A DNA stretch of 64,000 bases, from the NCBI GenBank assembly GCA_002104905.1, contig MCFE01000373.1, positions 1 through 64,000 of the forward strand, read 5' to 3'. This stretch comes from Basidiobolus meristosporus CBS 931.73. Its lineage: Eukaryota; Fungi; Basidiobolomycota. Numbering within the stretch: position 1 is the first letter of the stretch; each line of letters opens with the position of its first letter. The notes beneath the pieces are model-generated. The model was not told where the DNA came from. It was given only the letters and a program-made list of their open reading frames with translations, and made no database searches. The translations under genes and the position numbers were made by a program. Positions 24,101-36,215 of this stretch are shown one piece after another.

Positions 24101-26759
24101 GTTCTAGGACATATATGGCCTGATATTGTATATGGAGTGAGGCTAATAATCTATTTACTTTTCAGGTTACCTAGCAACTGTCACTTGGCACTGACAAGGA
24201 TGATATTGGATATTTGACATACAGTGAGATGCACGGCAGAATAATCAATTTAAGATACCATTATAATGGACAGTTCCATAATGTCCTCAGCCGCAGACCT
24301 ATTAGCGGAGGCCCTCCTAGTAAAGAATAGAAACAGCGGCGTGACCACGGAGGCACCCTACATCGACGGTAGTAAAGAATGGGCCTTATCGAAACGAAGC
24401 GATTTGTCACTGTCCGTTTCCTTTAGGAGGAATAATAGGATGACAAAACTAGCTGAAGGGGTCCCTAACGAGGAAGATTGTCGCACCGGTATTCTTGGGC
24501 TATTTATAATTGGGTCGTTTCATTATTCCTGTACTGCAGCAAGTTACGAGGCTGGTTGTGTATGGGCGGCCCTACCTAGTTTATCCCCTGTGTAGATATA
24601 TACCTCTGGAGTAAGGAAGACCTTCATGCGACGGTGCACGTGGTGGAGCAATACCAAATCTTTCACCGTGGAATATTTAAAACCTGGCTATGTTGGGAAA
24701 CGGACGTGACCAAACCATAAAATAGGGTACCAGGGACTGAAGATAACTTCTAAAGATTCACTATCTCTTGTGCAATTTCACAAGGTTGGTATAGCCCGTG
24801 CATCAAAAGTGGTTACACGGACATGTGTATGTTAAGTGATCTTGTCATCAGAATACCTCATCATATCCATGATGCGTCGGCGATGAATTATGTTACTTGA
24901 TTAGGAACACCTGACACTTCCAACAATAGACCCCATTTGAGGGATGCTTTCATTCGTTGGACTTCAAATACAGGGAAGTTGAAGGTGATTTGAGAGTAGT
25001 TCTGGTAAACCAAATCTGGGCGCCAGTATGGGCTTGCGGCCTTGGCCAGTTGTGAGGTTAAAATAGTAACAATTATTCCTATATATGGCTCTCAGGGCAG
25101 CAAGTTCGGCTTGGTGTTTATGGGTCCGATTTATACTGTATTGGAGAGAGTGGATGAGTATGAAACAAGGTTCTTACCGAGAACCTTATTTTGCCTGTAA
25201 AAGGGCATCCATGTCATCCGGTAGCGTAGAATTAGAAAGTTTGCTCTATACTTTTAAATAGGCCAACGCAACTAGATTAACCTGGGCGACACAACGTTCA
25301 TGACGTTTGCTGTTCACCTTGCACTGTGCACTGTACTCTTGGGGCTATTGCATGCACGAAGTTGCAGATCTCGCATCATTAGCCCTTGGACTTCTTTGAC
25401 AGCTATTGAGGACTGCAATCCAGGATTTGAAGTGTTTTCTAGCATGCCAAAAAGCTTCCCACTACTAGCAACAAGCTAGCCGCCACTCGAACCCTATTCA
25501 TATCCCATTCTGAATGCGTTTCTAGCTTGGGTTGGTAAGGCTTGTATGTTTCTGCTGCCCAGGAATGTTCAACGTTATCAACGGTATGGGTGCCGGTGGT
25601 CAGATGGACGACAACACCGCTAAGAACGGAAACGTCGCTCTATACGCTTGCTTCGCCGTCTTTGGTTACCTCGGAGGTGGTTTCTACAACATACTTGGCG
25701 GTCGTTTATGTTTGTTGTTTGGTGGACTGTCGTACGCTCTCTATTCAGGATCCCTTCTCAACTACAACAATACCGGGAACGCTGGCTTCGTGATCGGTGC
25801 GAGTGCGATCCTTGGTGTTGGTGCGGGTATTCTCTGGACCACACAGGGAGTGGTGATGATGGCGTACCCAGCCGAGGATCAGAAGGGGAGATGCGTAGGG
25901 CTTTTCTGGATCATCTTCAATCTTGGTGGAGTGATGGGAGCGTTCATTCCATTCGGGCTAAACTTCCACTCTGAAGCTGGAGCGGTGAGCAACTCTACGT
26001 ATCTTGCCTTCCTGGTGATCATGATCATCGGAGCCATAGCCGGATTGACGCTTCTTCCCCCGGAGAAGGTGGTTCGTGACGATGGAAGCCGAGTTCATGT
26101 TGAGAAGTTCAGCAATGTCTGGCACGAAATCGTGGAAATTGTCAAGCTCTTCACGGACAAGTACATGCTTCTACTTATTCCAATGTGCCTAGCTTCCAAC
26201 TGGTTCTACTCGTACCAATTCGGAGCTGTAAATGGGGTGCTGTTTAATTTGCGCACCCGCTCTTTCAACAACGCTTTCTATTGGGGCTTTCAGATGATTG
26301 GGGCTTTTGCCTTGGGCACCTTCCTGGACAATCCAAGGTTTGACCGCCGTGCCAGAGCACTCTATGGCCTCGCTATTGTGGGGGCGATGTTCACCGCTAC
26401 GTGGGGCGGTGGACTTGCTCTCCAGCTTCAGTACACCCGCGAAGATCATCCGAAGAACATTGATTTCATCGACAACCCTGGGGCATTCTGGCCCAAGTGG
26501 TTGTTGTACGTCTTCTACGGGCTCTGTGATGCAGCCCTGCAAACATACGCCTACTGGCTCATGGGAGCATTATCGAATGATTCCACTGTACTTGCTAGAT
26601 ACGCAGGGTTCTACAAGGGTCTCCAGTCAGCAGGTGGGGCCATTGCTTGGAGAATCGATGCCGTCAATACGGCATTCCTTACTCAGCTTATCATCTCCTG
26701 GGCACTCTTTACAGTCTCCTTGCCGTTCACATATTTCATTGCTAAGGATGTCAAGGAAA
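19934..26759. repeat. 1201-bp inverted repeat (arms 19934-21134 and 25559-26759) around a 4424-bp spacer
   Basis: Line-by-line reverse-complement comparison shows only 4 mismatches (25600, 25747, 26048, 26731). Both arm ends lie inside the UNC-93-like coding sequences. Confidence 0.95.
21233..21239 (-). promoter_or_regulatory. TATA-like box of UNC-93-like copy 1
   Basis: TATATAA on the minus strand about 40 nt upstream of the ATG at 21194. Confidence 0.45.
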
Positions 26760-26800
26760 TAAACAATGTGGAGGAGGGAAAAGAAACCATTGAAGCTTAG
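25532..26800 (+). CDS. UNC-93-like MFS transporter, copy 2; 5' end unresolved (possible upstream exon, truncation or pseudogene)
   Basis: Near-identical to copy 1 from CCPGMFN to KDVKE, with a different C-terminal tail. In-frame TAG at 25523-25525 (also a possible TTCTAG splice acceptor). First ATG at 25565. Confidence 0.78.
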   Translation: MVRLVCFCCPGMFNVINGMGAGGQMDDNTAKNGNVALYACFAVFGYLGGGFYNILGGRLCLLFGGLSYALYSGSLLNYNNTGNAGFVIGASAILGVGAGILWTTQGVVMMAYPAEDQKGRCVGLFWIIFNLGGVMGAFIPFGLNFHSEAGAVSNSTYLAFLVIMIIGAIAGLTLLPPEKVVRDDGSRVHVEKFSNVWHEIVEIVKLFTDKYMLLLIPMCLASNWFYSYQFGAVNGVLFNLRTRSFNNAFYWGFQMIGAFALGTFLDNPRFDRRARALYGLAIVGAMFTATWGGGLALQLQYTREDHPKNIDFIDNPGAFWPKWLLYVFYGLCDAALQTYAYWLMGALSNDSTVLARYAGFYKGLQSAGGAIAWRIDAVNTAFLTQLIISWALFTVSLPFTYFIAKDVKEINNVEEGKETIEA

Positions 26801-27659
26801 GCTGAGCTCCCCTCCCTTCTGCCCACTAAATATTTTCATATGAACGACACTATTTTCTCAGCATAAGTGATTTTTTTCAATTGTGTGTGTATTAATTAAA
26901 ATAAATCCCGTCGTCCTAGAAAAATTCGGAGTCGTAAGTTTTGGAAATAACAACTCCTTGCACATTCATGACCAAATCGAATTTTGAATACTAGGTTCAT
27001 GCAGTATGATGGCAAACACCAGCGCATAACTTGAGCGGAATCGTATATTCGTTCTTTAAAGAGGTCCAACTATGGTGGAAACCGACCCCTAGTGCAAACG
27101 TTGGCAACAGGTGGCACATACAATATACGCCTGTAAAACGTACCTGTTTCAAGCATAGTCCCCATCGGAGATGTCAGGGAAATTGCGGATCATCATCGAC
27201 AATTGAATACATGTCCCAAGTGAATGCTCGGCGAATCCTGATTCTAGATAGATGCCAGTGAGGGGAAGGCCTCCGCGATAGAGCGCCCGTTTGGTGGTGC
27301 TTGCTACCATAGGCCCTCCTGCAATAGCACTCGCCATCTGCTTCCTAAACCATTCGAAAGGAATTCCACTTTGGCCACTATGCCCGTTGGTTGTTCCCAT
27401 TTTTGGATGCGTGATTAATCATGTGTTGCGTATCTGACCACCAAATCGATGTTTGCCCTTCAATGGATGTTACGAGACGAAAATAACCACCAATCATGAA
27501 GCGGCCCTCTGATGTCCTGACTGCATCCTGATGGCAATCCATAGTAATTGAACTTGATGTTTGCAGAAGGAAAGACCAACCCTCCAACATCATGGACACC
27601 ATTCCATTGGGTGTAACATAAGAACGACGCCAACCTGATTTAAAATGAGCCGCGTCGGG

Positions 27660-27667
27660 TATAAATA
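27660..27667 (+). promoter_or_regulatory. TATA box of the FAD oxidase gene
   Basis: TATAAATA about 43 nt upstream of the ATG at 27710. Confidence 0.55.
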
Positions 27668-27709
27668 CCGATTTGTTTACTGTCGAGTCAGCAAAAAATA
27701 ATCTCTACC

Positions 27710-29202
27710 ATGAGGACTATCGTTCTCCTAACCCTGTTGCCCGCGCTGGCCTACGGTGGCAGTATCGAGGACTGCTTCAAGAAGGCAGGCACACCTATCG
27801 TAAGTCAGTCGAGCTCCGAGTATTCCAAAGTCAACTTCAACTTCAACAAGCGATTCAACTTCAAGCCATTGCTTTACGTGGTTGCTGGGAGTGTGAAGGA
27901 TGTGCAAAACGCCGTGAAATGCTCGGTTCAGAACAACCGAACCATATCGGCCAGAAGCGGCGGGCATTCCTACGAAGCCTACTCACAGGGTGGACGTAAT
28001 GGGGATGTCATCGTCGACCTGTCCAAGTTGAATGATGTCAAGATCGATGCCAAATCCAGCTCTGCCGTGATTGGTGCCGGTAGTTTGCTTGGCCCTACTT
28101 ATTACAAGCTGTTCAAGAATGGCAACTACGGGATACCCGCTGGTACCTGCCCTCAGGTTGGGATCGGTGGCCACGCTTTGGGTGGTGGATTCGGATTATT
28201 CTCCCGTAAGCATGGGATGGTTTCAGATAACGTACTGGAAATCAACATCGTCAATGCCAAGGGAGAGGCCCTGGTGGCAAATGCCAAATCAAACCCCGAC
28301 CTATACTGGGCTCTGCGTGGTGGAGGCCAGGGCTCATACGGCATAGTAACCTCATTCAAGGTCAAACTCTTCAAAGCACCATCCAAAGTTACCACATTTT
28401 CGTATTCGTGGGACTTCAAAGATTTCACCCGTGTATACCAGGCCTTCCAGGACTTGGCGTTTAGCGATCCCAGCGATCTGCTTGGACCCAGTCTCTACAT
28501 TAATCCAGGTGATGGCGTTATCTTCCAGGGAGCATTCCAAGATACCAAGAGCAAGCTGAATGCCGTGATCAAGTCATTCTTATCTGCTGCACCCAAACCA
28601 ACCGGTGTGTCGGTCAAGGAGGGAACTCTATTGGATGCAGTCTCGGAATTCAGTGGAATCTCTGGTGGTGTGGAGGCCCTGGCCAAAGTGAAATTTGGAG
28701 GTACACCGCGTGAGTATCTGAAAGCGCACTCTGCTATTGTTCAGAAACCGATAAACAACCAGGGAGTCCAGGCCCTTCAAGCCGCTTTGGCCAAGGCACC
28801 AGCTTAGTAAGTACAAGCCCAACCTCACTATCAGTTACTGTCAGTTCTAATCACGGTTACTTTAGCGGATACTTCTTGTTTGACATGTACGGAGGAGCGG
28901 TTGGACGGGTGAGCCCTACTGCCACTGCCTTTGTGCATCGTAAAGACACCAAGATGGTTGCTCAGATGATCATCGAGCCACCCAAGGTCAGCGCTAGAGA
29001 TACAAAGTGGTTGGCTGATGCGTACAAGTCTGTAAAACCCTACTTCTCGTCCTCCGCCTATCAAAACTATATCGACCGTGACCTCAATGATTGGCAATCG
29101 GCGTATTACGGGGTGAACTTCAAGAGACTTGTGCAAGTCAAAAGGAAGTATGATCCCAGTAACGTATTCCACTTCGCTCAAAGCATACCAGTCAAAGCTT
29201 AG
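27710..29202 (+). CDS. Secreted FAD-linked oxidoreductase, berberine-bridge-enzyme-like / CAZy AA7-like, 477 aa; exons 27710-28806 and 28866-29202
   Basis: Signal peptide MRTIVLLTLLPALAYG; ARSGGHSY (His for covalent FAD); PAGTCPQVGIGGHALGGG (Cys); WALRGGG; C-terminal AYQNYID and KRKYDPSNVF (BBE domain). A 59-nt intron 28807-28865 (GTAAGT, CTAAT branch, TTTAG) joins the two ORFs in frame. Confidence 0.93.
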
Positions 29203-31289
29203 TTAGGCCTAATTAGACGTCATCACTGCATATATTAAACTAATTCGCGCTGTTCCTGCCCGTTACATTGCATATTTGAATGAACGAGTCTTGGACAGAT
29301 GCATCTCCAACTAACATGGCTTAACGCTGCCCTTTTCGGGATTGATTGGGTGGTTCAGTGTTGGCTTGAAGCTAACCGGGTTGTTGGTGGCATCAGAAAT
29401 CCACCACTGCACCGCACCATGGTCACGTGAAATGAAAGCGGGATCAACATAATGATGACCACATTAAAGTGAATCCAAATTGACGAGATCTAGAACATGG
29501 TGATTTTACCCAATTTTGGTTAAACACAAATTTCCCCCAAATGAGCCAGGTCCAACCAAGTGCCATTCCGTGACGTGTCCGTAGTATGACGGCCAATTGA
29601 ACTTGGCGCGGACCATTTCCAGAGTCTCCGATCCCACCTGAGATTTCCGAGAAAACCATCACTCCATGCTCGCTTGTGTTTGAATACTGATGAAAGTCGC
29701 CACCATACAAACCAGACTGCCATTTGCCATGCTCCAGCTGATGAAAGATTCTCACCCCATTGTCTGATGGGGTACGTCAGTCCGTTTGGAATCTACCTCC
29801 AGCTGTTTCAATAGCCCATCGGAAGTTTGGATATGCAATTACATCAAAATCCCCATAGGAATTATTATGATCGCAAAAGAAAAAGCCATCACTTCGGGGC
29901 TCTAAATCATCAATTGGAAGTACCACCATATTAGCAAATAATACTGGTGATTCAGGTTGCAGTATGCTTGGCGGTGGGTACTCTGTTACCAACTCTGGCC
30001 AAGTCATTTTGCTTGGTACGGAGTGTTTGGGTTATTGTTGAGGTCTCAAACCAAAGTTTGAAATGTGACAGCATCTAAATGGTTGAAATTTCCACAGCTT
30101 CTGCAAACGTATTGGTTACTTGTCACATCAAAGCTAGTTCGGATTAATTAAATTTGATTCTCCATGCATTTGGTTTTTAGGGTTATCGTGCGGTATGCAT
30201 ATATGTGTGGCAAGCACTTCCATGTTGGTTATTCTGCATCACTTTCTGATTGTCTAGTATATACCAGCTTATCCTATTTATCAATGTACTTAATATTTAC
30301 TCTCCTTTCCTTGTCTCATATTCACTTCATAGGGGACTGAAATAGCAAGTCCTCCCCAATTGTCCTGTCATATGCCAGATCAGATACAGAATGCAGATGT
30401 AAATGTTACATTTCTATACATGAGTAATGCCATTAACTCCAGCTACATAATCTACAAATGTATTGTCATGGCTATGAGGATCAGGTGTATTCATTCAAGA
30501 TCAGCACAAAGCTCCAAATGCTTCCAACATGTTGGCAATACCATATTCTTTAGAATACTGATGAAATAGGTGTAGGTGTCAGCAGCTTTTGCTAAAACCA
30601 AATCTACTTGGAGCTTTGGTATGAATAGAAGCCAAGTTTGTATGGTGAGAGCTGCCACATATTGAAGGAGAAGTAGCACTGAAGCTCCAGAAAAATATCA
30701 TTCCATCAACTCCAAATGTGTGAATTAATGATGATCATACCAAGTGACAATTCAATGATACACAAAGGTGTAGAAACAGCAGCATAATCATCAATGTTTG
30801 ATGACTGCCACTACAAGAAGCTGGTACATACTGGCACAATAGCAGCAAAAATTCAATTCAGCTTCTATTTCAAGCTTTCTAAACTATTGGCTTTAGCATT
30901 ATTGAGCACAGGTGAATATACTTCTCAGGAGCCTTGTGAATTTCTTTTGATGATCTAGTCTCAGGGCCACTGAAACACTGAAATCTTGTTACAGGGAATT
31001 AATGATACCCACATGGAATTGTACAAGTACCATGAAAATAAAGTTGCAACCTAAATGCCTGTAAGCCATGTGAAGCTCTCACTTCAATGAGTTCCAAGTG
31101 GGTATTCATAGGTTGTCTATTCTTTGATGTGCATGCCCCTATGAAAAACAGTTGTGATGATCCTGTCAATAGGCCATCACAAAATTTAAGTCACATGACT
31201 AAGAGGTATTGATCCTATCAGGACATTATGCAAAGACCATTAAAGAAAATTGAACCCCAGATTTCACAAAAAACTCTGGCATTATAATG

Positions 31290-31736
31290 GTAGTATGGTG
31301 GCCTACAGCTAGCTCTTCATATTGCTACTGTACCAATTTACTAAATGGTATTGCCTTTTTCTACCTCCCCTTGTTCATTAGAGTCTTGCTGTGAGGCCAT
31401 TGAAACACCATCAAGTTTTTTGCCATATATGGCAATTGGATGTCCAGGCCAGTTGGATCCATTTAAAATAGTTGTAGAGCGCAATAAGCTCACAACAATG
31501 CCATGCAACTATTGTCACAGTACCAATCAAATCTTGTCAAGTTTTATCCCTTTATTTGGCTGTGAAATTTGCAAAACACTGTCATGATCTTGTTATAAGA
31601 TTGTCAGGAGGGTCACTAATTCCAAGCTGCTGTTATTATGACGGTTTCTCAACAGGATCTTGACAAATGATCCGGATCTGATCCACCCACGGGACCAAAT
31701 GTATTCCTTCTCCCTACTGGATTCTAGGCTCCTTTA
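31290..31736 (+). mobile_element. CACTA (EnSpm)-family relic, 3'-region fragment
   Basis: 31390-31720 is the reverse-complement homolog of 40537-40740, 48390-48700 and 62280-62580, which lie downstream of CACTA transposase remnants. Confidence 0.55.
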
Positions 31737-34700
31737 TGCTGCAAAAATTTGCAATTCCACCTAAATGTTCACCTAACTTAATCACTGAGATCATACCTTC
31801 AAATCTTAGAGAATATTGACCAAATTCCTTATTGGGATTACTGAGAATATTTTCACCAAAATACCAGGTACATAAAACATGTTAATTCTCAAAGTTGTCC
31901 AGACAGCACCAAACCTTGCATACATGTTCTTGGGACCTTTCTTAGTCTACTCTACATGTTTAAAATGCCAAGACTATGTAAAAGTATGAATATTACTTTT
32001 ACATTTAATAAACAATTATGTGAGAACCACACAATATACTTGTTCTCCCAATCACTTCCAGTATTTCCAAGACTCTTACAACAGGTTATGAGCCCTGAGC
32101 TGTCACTCTCTGCAGTGTCTACTACTGCTATTACTAGAACTTTTCCCTCTGCTGAAAAGTTGGATGGATCAAACTATCAGGTGTGGAAGGTGAAGATGAA
32201 GATGCTGCAACAAGAAAGAGGCCTTTGGGATATTATCATGGGAGAAGAATGCCCTCCTAAAAATGTGGGAGAGGAAGCCTTAAAGTACCAGTAGAGAGAA
32301 CAAAGTGCCTTTAACTGCTTTTGCCTAAATGTTAAAGACAAATTGCCGATTCAATGCTCAAGAGCAAATATGGCAAAGGATGCCTGGAAGGCACTAGAAG
32401 ACACCTACCAGTCATGTTCAGCTGCTAAGAAAGTGTATCTTAGACAAAAATTCCTTACTAAACAATGCTGCCATGAGAAGAAATGGAAAATCTAACTAAC
32501 CAAAAACCCTGCTGGTGGATGAGATGGAACTTGTGGGCATACCAACTACCAATAAGGATATGAAAGTAACCATCCTGAATAGCCTGACTGATGTGTTTCA
32601 GGTCCTTGTATTAGCCCTAGAGTCCAGAACTGAAGAATTGACCTTAAATTATGTATATGAAAGGCTTCTGGATGAGGAATTAACAAAATCAAGCACCAAT
32701 AAGAAGGAAGAAGAAAATACTTTAATCAGCAAGGATAACCAGCCAAAGGAGGTACCCAAGACCCTACAAAGGCAACAGCAACCTGTTATGCAACTACAGC
32801 AAAAGGAAAGGAAGCACATAAGACCAGTGCTTCAAACAGAGAGATGGCTAGCAGAGAAAGCCTGAATATGGAAATGCTGCAACAACTGAAGATAGACCAT
32901 TCATATCAGCACTAGATATGGCTACAAAATAGGATTCTTGGATGTGGTATATTGACTCTGGAGCATCTCAATACTTCACACACCAAAAAGAACTTTTTAC
33001 CCAATATCAAGAAATTCCAATTAAGAAGGTTTTCATGGGTGACAATAGAACACTTGATGCTGTGGGAGAAGGAACTATCCAAGTAAACCTTAGAAGCAGT
33101 GAAGGAAGCCATACACTGACCTTTAGAGAAGTGCTCTATGTACCAGATATAGCCAAGAACCTACTTTCTGTAAGGAAGGCCACTGCAGAAGGACTCAGTT
33201 TCAACTTTGACAATTCTGGATGCAAGATCACTGATCAAAATGGTGCCCATATTGCTTTGGGTATCTGAGATTGGAATCTATGCAGTAGACTTATATTCCA
33301 TCATATTTGGAAGCCAATATAAGTAACTTAAATGAAGAAACACCAATGCTTTGGCACAGGAGATTTGGGCACATCAATTTAATTATATATTTGTACAAAA
33401 TGATCAAAGATCAGCTAATTTCCGGAGGACAAGTTGATCCCCCAGCTGATTTGGAGCACTGTGAGGCCTGCATATATGCAAAACAAGCTAGACAGCTGTT
33501 CAAGAGCTCTGGGTTAATCAAAACTAAGAAAAAACTAGATCTAATTCACTCAGATCTGTGTGGGCCAATGTCAACTTATCCTTTGGTGGGATGAAGTATT
33601 TAATCACTTTTATTGATGAATATACAAGATACATGTGGGTTTACTTCGTGGAGAGAAAGGAAGAAGCTCTTTCTAAGTTCAAGGAGTTCAAAGCCATGGT
33701 GGAGAGAAAAACTAGTGAACAAATCAAGAAAATTTGCTCTGACAACAGTGGAGAATATACCGCAAACTCTTCATCCACTTCTGCAAAACTCATGGGATAA
33801 AGCAAGAGACTACTGTTCCATACTCCCCACAGCAAAACAGAGTAACAGAATGTGCTAACAGATCAATAATTGATATGGCAAGATCTATGATCCATGATCA
33901 AATATTATCCTATGATTTTTGGGCTGAATCAGTTGCCACTGCTGTATACCTTAGAAATAGGAGTTACAACAGAATAATTTGTGATCTGACTCCATCTGAA
34001 GCATGGTATGGGTAAATACCAAGTGCAGAACATCTAAGAATACTTGGTTGTACAGCATATGCCAAGAAACTTCCTTCAAATCTGTCAAAATTTGAGCCAA
34101 AAAGTGTAAAATGCATATTTTTTGGTTACTGCAATGAAGCCCTTTTCACTCCAGAGCACTCTACAACAATGTTTCAGCCAGAATCAATCCCCAGAAATAC
34201 CCCAGAAGTGATCATTTCAGTATCAAATGCCTGGAGATCCAATTGGACAAGAAATAGCCCAAATTACTACATCAATGAGGGTACAAACTTAGCCTATGCC
34301 TATTCAGTCCATATTGATGAGCCCCAGACTATAAAAGAGGCCCTAAATTGCCCTCAGACAAAGTCTTGGAGATCTCCAATGACTGCTGAATATCAGGCCC
34401 TGATGGAAAATCAAACTTGGGACTTAGTCAAATTACTAATCAACCAAAAATCAATTGGATGCATATGGGTCTTTAAGAAAAAATACAAGGCTAATGGTAC
34501 ATTTGAAAGATGCAAAGCAAGACTTGTGGCCATGGATACTCTCAAACAAAAGGACTTGACTATACTGTGACCTTTGTACTGGTAGCAAAGTTTAATTCCA
34601 TCAGATTAATATTGTCTATTGCAGCCAAATATAAGTTTTTTATACATTAAGTGGATGTAAAAATTGCTTTTTTGAATGGAGAACATGAGGAGAATGTTTA

Positions 34701-35790
34701 TATGGACCAGCCTGATTGGTCTGCTGACCAAGATACCCCCCATTTAGTCTGCAAGCTTAGAAAATCTCTATATAGTCTCAAACAATCACCAAGAGCCTGG
34801 AATTGTAAGATAGATTCTTATTTGGAATCTTTGAGTTTCAAAAGGAGTAGTGCTGACTATAGCATATACTATAAGCCAGATAGAGCAAATCCAGTTCTAT
34901 TAGCTCTGTATGTAGATGACCTTATTATAGCCACCAATAACCTATCAATATTAGAAAAGACTAAATCCAGCCTATCTAAAGAGCTCAAGATGTCCAACCT
35001 AGGAAAACTCAGTTACTACTAAGAGCTAAAGTTCCCCATAGACAGATGTACCTTGACTATTGCCCTAAGCCAATCCAAGTATATTCAAGATATACTAAGG
35101 ATGTACCAAATGGAAGACTGTTAACTGGGAGCCATCTTAATGGAGACAAACCTTAACTTGGTCAAAACCCAACCAAATCAAGAAAGCTTGGTGCCATCTG
35201 AAAGCCCTGACTTTCCTTATCAATCAATGGTTGGCAGTCTGACATTTATAATGCTTAGAACAAGTCCAGATATCTAATATTCAGTGGGAGTTGCCCACCA
35301 GAATAATCAGAACTATGGATCTCCTCATATTGCAGCAGTTAGGTGGATCTTTAAATACCTAAAAGGAGCTGCTGATATTTACTTAAGATACACTTATAAG
35401 GATTCAGAACAGAATCTTGTGAGATACTCAGATGATGATTGGGGACAAAATCTGGAAGACAGAAGATCCACCACAGGACACACCTTTCTTTACTCTCAAG
35501 GAGCAATTTCATGGAATTCAAAACAGCAACCAATTGTAGCACTTCCCACCACAGAGGCAGAGTACATGGCAGCCTGTGAAGCTACAAAAGAAGCAATGTT
35601 GTTAAGAAAGCCTTTTACAGATTTTGGCCTATGTCAAAAAATGCCTATTACTTTATCTCAAGATAATGAAGGATGTACACAGTTAGGTTCAAATCCAACT
35701 TTCATTCCAGAACTGAGTACTTACATATTAGACATCACTTCATACGTGAAGCTATAAAGAATAACTTGGATCTAATTCAAGATATATTTT
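31737..35790 (+). mobile_element. Ty1/copia (Ty5-like) LTR retrotransposon, degenerate, 3' LTR missing
   Basis: 5' LTR 31737-32083 (TG..CA); PBS GGTTATGAGCCCT at 32084-32096; gag (KLDGSNYQVWK..M, ERGLW); protease (WYIDSGAS); pre-integrase (LWHRRFGH); integrase (LIHSDLCGPM); RT (WVFKKK, MDVKIAFLNG, YVDDL); RNase H (YSDDDWG, TEAEY). Copia domain order, with many stops and frameshifts. Confidence 0.93.
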
Positions 35791-36215
35791 CCTTCAATGT
35801 CAACATATGACTCTCAATGCTTCAGATGTATTTTGGGTAGAAACTGCTTCAGATGGCTACTTGAATAAATAAACATCAAGTTTATCCCGTTCTTGCATTT
35901 GTAGTGTTGCATATACTTATGACTATTGATTGGAGCTTGGGAGAAATAGCATGGGGAGTGGATACTCCAGAATATCTTGCCAATTCTTTCATATTTCTTC
36001 AGCATCTCAAAGGGCTCATTTAGCTTGAAATGCCACATGTACAACTTGGGCATTAGTGTAGGGATATTGCTGAGGAGTAAATGCATTGCTACCAGTGGAA
36101 AGCTTTTTCTCCTACATATTCCCGCTATTTTTAGTACCACTGTTCTTGATTAACTGCACTTTCTGGCCAATGGCTTATAGCTTGCCAGCTTTGCTGCATT
36201 TGTAGGTTGACTGCT
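35790..36215 (-). mobile_element. CACTA transposase internal fragment
   Basis: Colinear nucleotide similarity to 63570-64000, e.g. ATATGACTCTCAATGCTTC and CAAAGGGCTCATT..GCTTGAAATGC. Confidence 0.65.

Noticed and set aside
21641-24595. Several 80-140 aa ORFs in the spacer between the UNC-93-like genes
   Set aside because: No recognisable motif; in particular no recombinase or invertase gene to drive inversion.
2577-28828. Many overlapping or antisense ORFs within the real genes (e.g. 2597-3109, 4244-4648, 13846-14418, 19835-20395, 26298-26762, 28153-28428)
   Set aside because: Shadow frames of codon-biased genes; those in the UNC-93-like pair are duplicated only because the DNA is.
2327-29202. 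Glycosyltransferases, TF, transporters and oxidase as a biosynthetic gene cluster
   Set aside because: No backbone synthase, wide spacing with unrelated sequence between genes, and no shared promoter motif evident.
29444-30007. Minus-strand fragments including TLEMVRAKFNWPSYY, like a Ty3 integrase zinc-binding region
   Set aside because: The His/Cys ligands are missing and no flanking domains are present.
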